DNA of 64,000 nucleotides, from assembly GCA_943846595.1 (NCBI GenBank), contig OX044355.1:1788199-1852198 (forward strand), given 5' to 3'. Origin of the DNA: an uncultured Polaribacter sp. GTDB taxonomy: Bacteria > Bacteroidota > Bacteroidia > Flavobacteriales > Flavobacteriaceae. The notes under the pieces were generated by a model, which made no database searches, had not been told where the DNA came from, and worked only from the letters and a program-made list of their open reading frames with translations. Below, in pieces: positions 31,710-40,282 of this stretch. The translations under genes were made by a program, and so were the position numbers. Within the stretch, counting starts at the first letter, position 1; every line of letters begins with the position of its first letter.

Positions 31710-33257
31710 ATGACAACAATACAGATTTTATGGGTAGATGATGAAATAGATTTATTAAAGCCACATATTTTATTTTTAGAACGAAAAAACTATGAGGTGA
31801 CCCGTTGCACAAACGGTGCAGATGCAATAAATTTAGTAGATCATAAAAATTTTGATATTGTTTTTTTAGATGAAAACATGCCTGGACTTTCTGGATTAGC
31901 AACCCTTTCTGAAATCAAACAGAAACAGCCAAATTTGCCGATTGTAATGATTACAAAAAGCGAAGAAGAATATATTATGGAGGAGGCGATTGGCTCTAAA
32001 ATTACGGACTACTTAATTAAACCCGTCAATCCCAATCAAATCTTACTTACTTTAAAGAAAAATTTAGACCATTCGCGGCTTGTTTCTGAAAAAACAACTT
32101 CCAACTATCAGCAAGAATTTAGGAAAATTGCAATGGATTTGGCAATGGTCAATTCCTATGAAGATTGGATTGAACTGTATAAAAAACTCATTCACTGGGA
32201 ATTAGAATTGGAAAACATTAGTGACTCTGGAATGTTGGGTATTTTAGAAAGTCAAAAACAAGAAGCCAATACACAGTTCTTTAAATTTATTAAAAAAAAT
32301 TATGAAGATTTTCTTACTGCGCATGACAAACCTACTTTTTCACACACATTATTTAAAGATTATATAGCACCCGAATTAAGTAGAGAGCAAGGTGTTTTAT
32401 GGGTTATTGTTGATAACCTTCGCTATGATCAATTTCGAACCTTAGAACCAATAATTAACAATCATTACAAAAAAGAGGAAGAACATTCTTATTTTTCAAT
32501 CCTACCAACAGCAACTCAATATGCAAGGAATGCCATTTTTTCTGGATTAATGCCTTCGGAAATGGAAAAAAAACATCCCAATTTATGGAAAAACGATACT
32601 GATGATGGAGGTATGAACCTCTTTGAAAATGAGTTTCTAACAGCACAAATAAAACGCTTAGGATTAGATATTAAACATGAATACTACAAAATTACTTCCT
32701 TAAAAAACGGAAAAGAATTGGCAGACAATTATAATGGTACGAAGCAAAACAATCTGACTGCCGTGGTCTATAATTTTGTGGACATGCTTTCCCACTCGAA
32801 AACAGAAATGGAAGTAATCAAAGAATTGGCTGGTGATGACAAAGCATACCGATCTTTAACACTGAGTTGGTTTAAAAACTCTCCCTTATTTGAAATCATA
32901 CAAAAAGCCCAACTATTAGGTCAGAAATTAATTATCACTACAGATCACGGAACCATAAACTGTAAGAATCCTAGCAAAGTAATTGGTGATAAAAACATCA
33001 GTGCGAATCTCCGTTATAAAACAGGAAGGAGCCTTTCTTATGAAGAGAAAGACGTATATGCTGTAAGGAATCCGAAAGATATATTCTTACCCACTATTGC
33101 GATCAATAGTCCCTTTATCTTTGCAAAAGAGGATTTGTTTTTTGCGTATCCAAACAACTTCAATCATTTCGTAAAATATTACAAAAACTCCTATCAGCAT
33201 GGAGGAATTTCTTTGGAAGAAGTAATTATTCCATGTGTTATTTACAGCCCAAAATAA
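31710..33257 (+). CDS. porX: PorX-type response regulator with PglZ (alkaline phosphatase-like) domain
   Basis: Receiver (WVDDE, FLDENMPG, KPV) plus VDNLRYDQ, LPTATQYARNAIFSG, TTDHG, YQHGGIS. Confidence 0.92.
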   Translation: MTTIQILWVDDEIDLLKPHILFLERKNYEVTRCTNGADAINLVDHKNFDIVFLDENMPGLSGLATLSEIKQKQPNLPIVMITKSEEEYIMEEAIGSKITDYLIKPVNPNQILLTLKKNLDHSRLVSEKTTSNYQQEFRKIAMDLAMVNSYEDWIELYKKLIHWELELENISDSGMLGILESQKQEANTQFFKFIKKNYEDFLTAHDKPTFSHTLFKDYIAPELSREQGVLWVIVDNLRYDQFRTLEPIINNHYKKEEEHSYFSILPTATQYARNAIFSGLMPSEMEKKHPNLWKNDTDDGGMNLFENEFLTAQIKRLGLDIKHEYYKITSLKNGKELADNYNGTKQNNLTAVVYNFVDMLSHSKTEMEVIKELAGDDKAYRSLTLSWFKNSPLFEIIQKAQLLGQKLIITTDHGTINCKNPSKVIGDKNISANLRYKTGRSLSYEEKDVYAVRNPKDIFLPTIAINSPFIFAKEDLFFAYPNNFNHFVKYYKNSYQHGGISLEEVIIPCVIYSPK

Positions 33258-33552
33258 CTTCTTATTTTCTTAATTTTATGTCGATTGAGGTGATCAAGAT
33301 TAAAACAGTTTAAAAAACCAAAGGCTTTTTCCAGAAAAAGGATACGAATGCATTTGATAGCATCACTATTTTAACAACAAACAGATTATAATAATAGTCA
33401 ACAACAAAAAATAAACGTTGAATAAGAGTGCTATCAATAAAAATAGAAATTGGCGGAGTTTGTAGAATGTAAAAAAATGAGTAACTTTATCAGGAAGCAT
33501 TCATTTAATGAAAGCATGATTTCTATGAACTCATTTTTTTAAATAATCTGAC

Positions 33553-34125
33553 ATGAAAAAAATCCTACCTTTTTTACTTCTTCTTTTTTTTATAAATAGT
33601 AATTTTTCACAAACGAGACAAGAAAAGCTCTCAAATGCTGCATTAACGCTCACCAATGACCTGGTAGTTTACGATCCGAGTTATTTTATTATTGATTACC
33701 CCAACGGAGATGTGCCAAAAGGAATCGGGGTATGTACCGACGTTGTCATAAGGACTTTTAGAAAAATTGGGGTTGATTTACAACAAGAGGTACATGAAGA
33801 CATGAAACAACATTTTGAACGCTACCCTAAATTATGGGGCTTAAAAAAACCCGATTCAAATATTGACCATCGTAGAGTTCCAAATCTGATGACTTTTTTC
33901 TCAAGAAAAGGAACCGTAAAGACCATTAGTAAAAATCCAAAGGATTATGTACCAGGAGATATTATTTGCTGGAGCTTAGGAAAAGGCATCACACATACAG
34001 GTATGGTTGTCAATAAAAAATCGGAAGATGGCAAACGTTTTTTAATCGTACATAATATTGGTTCTGGCCAAATTATAGAAGACTGTTTGTTTGATTATAG
34101 GATCATCGGACACTACCAGTTTTAA
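33553..34125 (+). CDS. DUF1287 (YijF-like) exported protein
   Basis: Signal peptide; YPNGDVP..GVCTDVVIR, NIDHRRVPNL, PGDI..W, THTGMV, VHNIG. Confidence 0.85.
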   Translation: MKKILPFLLLLFFINSNFSQTRQEKLSNAALTLTNDLVVYDPSYFIIDYPNGDVPKGIGVCTDVVIRTFRKIGVDLQQEVHEDMKQHFERYPKLWGLKKPDSNIDHRRVPNLMTFFSRKGTVKTISKNPKDYVPGDIICWSLGKGITHTGMVVNKKSEDGKRFLIVHNIGSGQIIEDCLFDYRIIGHYQF

Positions 34126-34188
34126 AAATAGTTATAAAAAATCAACACTCAGGTTTTAAAAGCCTAATAGGTTTCTTATTTTTGTAAG

Positions 34189-34596
34189 ATGAACAAGATG
34201 TATTCTTTAAACGATTTAACCACCATTGCAAAAGAAGTGATTGCTAAAGCTGAACATAAAACACTCTTATTTCGTGGAGAAATGGGGGTTGGTAAAACTA
34301 CTTTAATTAAAGAAATTTGCAATACCTTAGGAATAAAAGATAGGGTTTCCTCTCCTACTTTCTCATTAGTAAATGAATACCATACAACAAGAAATGAGGT
34401 TGTTTTTCATTTTGATTTTTATAGAATTACAAATGAAGAGGAAGCTTTGGACATGGGTATTGAAGAATATTTATATCAAAATAATTGGTGTTTAATTGAA
34501 TGGCCAGAAAACATTGAAAATTTACTACCTTTAGATGCAGTTCAAATTCATCTATCTGTTTTAAAAAACGGACAGCGTAACATTCAATTAACCTAA
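34189..34596 (+). CDS. tsaE: tRNA threonylcarbamoyladenosine biosynthesis ATPase
   Basis: GEMGVGKTT, SSPTFSLVNEY, HFDFYRI, LIEWPE. Confidence 0.96.
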   Translation: MNKMYSLNDLTTIAKEVIAKAEHKTLLFRGEMGVGKTTLIKEICNTLGIKDRVSSPTFSLVNEYHTTRNEVVFHFDFYRITNEEEALDMGIEEYLYQNNWCLIEWPENIENLLPLDAVQIHLSVLKNGQRNIQLT

Positions 34597-34601
34597 ATTT
34601 T

Positions 34602-35798
34602 ATGAGTTCATTTTCTCCATTCAGTAAAGAAGAATTATTGCCACAGGCAGAAATGTTAGAAATAAAAAAAAGAAAAGGATCTTTATTTATTGGATTGCCA
34701 AAAGAAACTCACTTAGGTGAAAAAAGGGTTTGCCTAACGCCTGATGCTGTAGCTGCTTTTACAGTTCATGGGCATCGAATTGTGGTTGAAACTGGCGCTG
34801 GAGATGGCGCTAATTATAGTGACAAAGAATATTCAGATGCGGGAGCAAAAATTTCCTACAATACTGAAGAAGCATTTAAATGTTCGATTATTTTAAAAGT
34901 AGCACCACCCACCGAAGACGAAATAGGGTATATTAATCCACAAGCAATTATAATTTCTTCACTACAATTAAAGACACAAACCAAACAGTATTTCGAAAGC
35001 TTAGCAAAAAAAAGAATTACTGCAATTGCTTTTGATTATATTAAAGATGAAGAAGGAACCTTTCCAATTGTAAAATCACTGAGTGAGATCGCAGGAACTG
35101 CTTCTGTTTTAATTGCTGGCGAATTGATGAGTGGTCTAAACAAAGGAAATGGATTGCTTTTTGGAAATATTGGAGGTGTTCCCCCAACAAGTGTCGTCAT
35201 CCTAGGTGCTGGTACTGTTGGAGAGTTTGCTGCAAGAACCTCCATTGGACTCGGTGCAAGAGTGAAGGTTTTTGACAATTCGATTAGTAAATTACGAAGA
35301 TTACAACAATGCTTGAGTGCACCAATATATACATCTACGATACAACCAAAATCACTTGCCAAAGCATTAATGCGATGTGACGTAGCCATTGGCGCAATCA
35401 GAGGGAATAATAGATCTCCGATCATTGCTACAGAATCAATGATTGAAAATATGAAAGAAGGAGCTGTCATTGTGGATGTAAGTATTGACAGAGGTGGCTG
35501 TTTCGAAACATCTAACATTACAACACACAAAACACCAACCTTTATCAAACATGGCGTTGTGCATTATTGTGTACCAAATATTCCTGCACGTTATGCTAGA
35601 ACCGCGTCGGTTTCTATAAGCAACATCTTTACCCCATATTTACTAAACATTGCTGAGGAAGGCGGATTTGAAAATACCGCTCGTTACGACAAAAGCTTAA
35701 GAAATGGTCTGTATTTTTATCATGGAGTGCTTACCAATAGAACCGTGGCAGAATGGTTTGACCTTCCTTTTAGAGATATTAACTTGTTGATATCTTAA
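34602..35798 (+). CDS. ald: Alanine dehydrogenase-like protein (AlaDH/PNT family)
   Basis: EKRVCLTP, ETGAG, GAGTVG, VDVSIDRGGCFETS, HYCVPNIP. Confidence 0.8.
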   Translation: MSSFSPFSKEELLPQAEMLEIKKRKGSLFIGLPKETHLGEKRVCLTPDAVAAFTVHGHRIVVETGAGDGANYSDKEYSDAGAKISYNTEEAFKCSIILKVAPPTEDEIGYINPQAIIISSLQLKTQTKQYFESLAKKRITAIAFDYIKDEEGTFPIVKSLSEIAGTASVLIAGELMSGLNKGNGLLFGNIGGVPPTSVVILGAGTVGEFAARTSIGLGARVKVFDNSISKLRRLQQCLSAPIYTSTIQPKSLAKALMRCDVAIGAIRGNNRSPIIATESMIENMKEGAVIVDVSIDRGGCFETSNITTHKTPTFIKHGVVHYCVPNIPARYARTASVSISNIFTPYLLNIAEEGGFENTARYDKSLRNGLYFYHGVLTNRTVAEWFDLPFRDINLLIS

Positions 35799-36068
35799 TT
35801 AAAATTTAAACTTTTTATTATATTTCTAATTCGTTTTAGTGGGACGATTTTACTACAACGATTGTAAGTGAACAGACTTTTTTATATAAACGGTTTTCAC
35901 CAATTCACCAATTTTAATTACTCTTCCAAATAAACATAAAAATTTACAGAAATTTTCTTTTTGTCCTATTTAGAACATAATATTTTTTTTTAGCAAACTA
36001 TTATCATACTTTAATAAATATTTCATAAATTTAAGTCCCCTATTTATTGATTTTTAAAATAGTAAAAA

Positions 36069-37042
36069 ATGTTTTGTAAAAAAAATAGGCGGAACCCAAA
36101 AATACTCCTAGGTATTTTATTTTTAATATTTCATATTCAATTGTTTAGTCAAACAATAACAGTAAATGACACAGAGAATACCCCAGAAGAACTTGTTGAT
36201 TTATTAATTGGAAATAATTGTATAACAAGATCAAAGGAAATGCTGATTGTTTTGTAGAAGATCAGTTTCAAATAACTGTAAATCCATTAGTTCATTTAGA
36301 AATAAAAGGCGGTGTTATTTGTGTAGATGCTGCAACAGGATTGACAACAGACTCCTTTTTATTAGAATCTAAATTAGATGAAGATGAATTTACAGTGAAT
36401 TGGTATTTCAATGATGAACTTGTAGGAACAGGACCTAACTACCTTGCAACTAAAGCAGGAGAATATAGAGTAGAAACTGTAAAGTTAACAGAAGATAATG
36501 GTGAAGATTGTAATTACGCACCCACAATAGTAGTCGTAGAAGCTTCCACACCAAAATTTGAAATTCGTTTTCTAACAAAAGATTTTGTTGATAAATACGC
36601 AATAAAAGTACATACAATAGAACAAGGGCTCGGAGAATATCTATACGCAATAGATAATAGCCCTTTTCAAACTTCCAATCTATTCGAAAACGTGATTCCA
36701 GGCGAATACACCATCACAATAAAAGATCTTTCAGGAATATGTTCTGATTTCACATTGAATTTTATTGCGATAAAGTACCCTAAATTTTTCACTCCAAATA
36801 ATGATGGAAAAAATGATACTTGGAATATTACAGACCTAAAGAATGATCCAAATGCAATTATAAAAATATTTACTCGGTTTGGAAATTTGATTACAACTAT
36901 AAAACCAAACGGAATTGGATGGGATGGCAAAAACAAGAAGGGTCTTCCAGTTCACTCAAATGATTATTGGTTTTTGATATCCTACACGAAAAATGGAGAA
37001 ATTAAAACCTATAGAAATCATTTTTCATTACTAAGAAAATAA
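36069..37042 (+). pseudogene. Internally deleted T9SS type-B (CHU_C tail) surface protein; 5' end fused out of frame to 3' end
   Basis: ORF1 = signal peptide + QTITVNDTENTPEELVDLLIGNNC; ORF2 in another frame from 36218 ends with KYPKFFTPNNDGKNDTWNI...NDYWF...HFSLLRK. Confidence 0.8.
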
Positions 37043-37102
37043 TTTTTTTTTATGCATTCATAGTTTATCAATTTCCATAAATTTGCATTTCAATATTCAA
37101 CA

Positions 37103-37471
37103 ATGCTCGTAAAAAGAATTTTTTATTATTTAGTGGGATTATCTCTAGGATCTGTTGCCGTTTATTTTTTTTGGCAAAAGAAAAATGCTTCTTTTGACTA
37201 CGGAATGGATGCCAGAACACTTAAAACACTTCGTATTAGAGAGCGTTTGTTTTCCGAACAAGCAAAACTTTCTATGCAACAACATCGCATTGATACCGCA
37301 ATGATTTCTACCATTTTGTATTTAGGGGATGTTGACTTTGGGAAAAGTGATCAACGAAAAGAACCCTGTGGAGAATACTACATTACTGGAACCGAAGCAT
37401 TAGAAAACATTCACCTATTGGTAAAACGTTGCGATTCTACTGCTACCATTGAAAAAGTAATGATCCACTAA
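37103..37471 (+). CDS. DUF4258-like flavobacterial protein
   Basis: N-terminal TM YYLVGLSLG..VYFFW, RTLKTLR, GDVDFGKS, PCGEYYI. Confidence 0.7.
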   Translation: MLVKRIFYYLVGLSLGSVAVYFFWQKKNASFDYGMDARTLKTLRIRERLFSEQAKLSMQQHRIDTAMISTILYLGDVDFGKSDQRKEPCGEYYITGTEALENIHLLVKRCDSTATIEKVMIH

Positions 37472-38058
37472 GATTTCTTGTACCGATCGTTTAAGCCTTC
37501 CCCAGAAAGAATTAACGGAATAATTTTCTCGAGTCTTTTCACTTTTGTTTCCACTCTTTTTGCCGCTGCTATATACGCAGCAAATTCATGCTGTTTGCTT
37601 TTAGAGAAACGATTAAAACCAGCCTCTAGTTGTTTGTCTGATGACAACCGCTGCATCAATTCTAAAGGAATTATCAAGGGTTTCGTATTTCTAGTAAACT
37701 TTACCTCATTCCCATTTTCTATGTGAGCCATTGTCTCTAAAACATATTCTTTAATCAAAAGAAGATCAATTTCATCCATGGAATAAAATCGCCATTGCCT
37801 CATGGCTTTGGTTTTGCCTTCTTGCGCGTTGATAAATTTTTTTTGTCTATCTTTTAAGAGTACTCCTTGAAAAAACCACAAACCGCAATACTTTTTGAAA
37901 GCAGCCAAACCTACAATATTCTTTCCTTTAAAAACATAGGTGGGTGCCCCCCATTTTATCGTTTCTTCTAAAGGTAAACCCTTAAAAACAGAACGCAGAA
38001 GGGCTAACTCTTCTTTCCAAACTACTTTCTTATTGATATAAATTTCAACGGGTGTCAT
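37468..38058 (-). CDS. YdeI/OmpD-associated (DUF1801) family protein
   Basis: EETIKWGAPTY, GLWFFQGVLLKD, AMRQWRF, AKRVETKVKRLEK. Confidence 0.88.
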   Translation of the reverse strand: MTPVEIYINKKVVWKEELALLRSVFKGLPLEETIKWGAPTYVFKGKNIVGLAAFKKYCGLWFFQGVLLKDRQKKFINAQEGKTKAMRQWRFYSMDEIDLLLIKEYVLETMAHIENGNEVKFTRNTKPLIIPLELMQRLSSDKQLEAGFNRFSKSKQHEFAAYIAAAKRVETKVKRLEKIIPLILSGEGLNDRYKKS

Positions 38059-38735
38059 TCATTATTTTTTAAATTTTGATGATAATAGGCCTCAATCTTA
38101 TCCACATTTTTAATGGTTGTTTTCACCCAGTTAAAATATAACATTTGTTTTTCTTCGTTGGACAACTTCCAATCAACCTCCGAATTTCTCAATTTTGAAG
38201 TCACTTCTTGTAAAATAATCGCAGCAGCCACAGAGATGTTTAAACTCTCTGTAAAACCTACCATTGGAATTTTCAAAAAGCCATCTGCATTTTCAGTTAC
38301 CGTTTCCGAAACCCCTTCTGCCTCTACTCCAAATACAAAGGCGGACTTTTTGGTAACATCAAAATCTTGCAATAAACAGGAATCATTGTGCGGTGTGGTG
38401 GCGATAATCTGATAGCCCTTTTCTTTTAAAGAAGCCAAGCAGCTTTTTGTATTATCCCTATCATCGCGATAGCGATTGTAGATAAGCCATTTTTGAGAAC
38501 CTTTCGCGACGTGTCTCGAAATCTTATTGTTGTATTTGTTCTCAATTGCATGCACATCTTGAATCCCAAAAATATCGCAGGTTCTTACCACAGCACTCGC
38601 ATTGTGAGGCTGGAAAATGTCTTCCAAAACAACCGTAAAATGTCGGGTTCTGTCCTCTAAAACCTTCTTAAATAACGCTTTTCTCTTCTCCGTTAAATAG
38701 CCTTCCAAATAAGCAAGTAGTTTTTGATCCATCAT
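38055..38735 (-). CDS. TrmH/SpoU family RNA methyltransferase
   Basis: PHNASAVVRTCD, FVFGVEAEG, IPMVGFTESLNISVAA. Confidence 0.92.
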   Translation of the reverse strand: MMDQKLLAYLEGYLTEKRKALFKKVLEDRTRHFTVVLEDIFQPHNASAVVRTCDIFGIQDVHAIENKYNNKISRHVAKGSQKWLIYNRYRDDRDNTKSCLASLKEKGYQIIATTPHNDSCLLQDFDVTKKSAFVFGVEAEGVSETVTENADGFLKIPMVGFTESLNISVAAAIILQEVTSKLRNSEVDWKLSNEEKQMLYFNWVKTTIKNVDKIEAYYHQNLKNNE

Positions 38736-38984
38736 AAAAACAAACTTAAATATAAATATGCTTACTCTTATATAAAAACTAAATTTCTTATTTCGAACCT
38801 TATATTAAAAAATACTATTTTTATAATAGTTTTGTACGCTCCCCTATAAAAACCAATTGTTTAGAAGTATAAGAATTAAAGAAAGTTATTTGTTAGAGGA
38901 AAATGTTTATGATTTGTTTACTATTAAAAAAAAAATAATTTTGTAAATGTATGTTAACTATTTTGTAAACTTAAAAAAAATGAA

Positions 38985-39680
38985 ATGAAAAATTTATCAA
39001 AAATAGTCTTAGTTATATTTATGAACTTAACATTCTTTACTTGTACTAATAGTGAAAATTTAAGCAGTAATGAAACTCAAGAAATTCAACCGGAGCAATT
39101 TGGAAAATTACACAATGAAGCTATTTTGGAATTATTAAATCATCCTGATTATGAATCAGATAATAGTCCTCAAGATAACATGGTTTTGATGCATAAAATA
39201 ATGTCAGAAAAATATCCTGAGTACTTCAGCAAAAAATTAGAGATAAAAAATATGCCAAAAATATTTTTGGCGATTCTAAAAAAAATGATATAAGTTTTAA
39301 AAAATTAATTGTGATTTTAAAAAAAATCAGATGTTATAGATAAAAATTTAAAAGAATTTATTTCAAATCAAAGACATGAAGAATTCAATAAATATGATTA
39401 TAGTTTAATTGATAAAGATCAGTTGATCGCGTTTAATTCTGTCAAAGAGCATTCTAAGCTTTTATGGACAGAACAGGTTTCAAACGATTTAATTATTAAA
39501 CGAAATAAAAGGCAAACAAGAGATTGTGATGCTACTCAGCAAGTTATATTTGCTGATGCTACCGCATCTTTATTGTTTTGGTGGAACCCACCCGCTTCAA
39601 TTATAGCAGGTGCAGCTGCTTCTCTTCTAGTCAGAGAAGATCAAATACAAAATTATGACGGTGGTTGCGCTACAAATTAA
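38985..39680 (+). pseudogene. Frameshifted lipoprotein with hydrophobic C-terminal peptide (putative toxin precursor)
   Basis: Lipobox FFTC; ORFs 38985-39293 and 39321-39680 share a frame and are bridged by an open alternative frame between poly-A runs at 39245-39250 and 39319-39326. Confidence 0.7.
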
Positions 39681-39686
39681 AAATTT

Positions 39687-40106
39687 ATGGATAGGATATT
39701 AAAAATAAAAAGACAAAATAGATTTTATGACTCTTTAATAAAATATGACATTTACCTCAATAATAATAATAAAATTAAAATCTCTAATAATGAAGTTTTA
39801 GAATTAAAGTTAGAAAAAGGTGAAAATATATTATTCGTTAAATTTTGGCATTTAAAATCGAATACACTACTCTTAGAAGGTAATAAAAATCGTTTGGTGG
39901 ATATAAAAAATTATGTAACTAATAACCAGTTTTATGTTTATTTGTTTTTAATCGTAGTGGGAATTTATTTTTCATTTTTTAATGTCTCAGAGTATTTTTT
40001 TATCAATTTCATAATCAAATTTGTTGGTTTTTATATTTTTTCAATACCTATAGTTTCTTTAACTTTCAATTCAAAAAGAAACATATTAATTGAAGAATTA
40101 AATTGA
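39687..40106 (+). CDS. Small membrane protein (putative immunity/partner protein)
   Basis: Soluble beta-rich N-terminus then two TM helices; starts 6 nt after the upstream stop. Confidence 0.7.
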   Translation: MDRILKIKRQNRFYDSLIKYDIYLNNNNKIKISNNEVLELKLEKGENILFVKFWHLKSNTLLLEGNKNRLVDIKNYVTNNQFYVYLFLIVVGIYFSFFNVSEYFFINFIIKFVGFYIFSIPIVSLTFNSKRNILIEELN

Positions 40107-40226
40107 AAGTAGGTAAACCTTCTCTATACTTTGTAAACAAAAATTATATATTTTAGTCTACCACAGCACAAACTTTAATACAAATCAGATTTATTTGTAA
40201 TAAAAAATTTATACGTATTAAAAATA

Positions 40227-40258
40227 AAATGACCGCATCAAAACTTGAGCGGTCATTT
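40227..40258. terminator. Intrinsic terminator after DEAD-box genes
   Basis: AAATGACCGC...GCGGTCATTT. Confidence 0.7.
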
Positions 40259-40282
40259 ATATGCAATCGATGGTAAAAGAGG

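Noticed and set aside
31710-33257. PglZ domain as part of a BREX defence system
   Set aside because: It is fused to a receiver domain (PorX architecture) and no brxC, pglX or brxL genes are nearby
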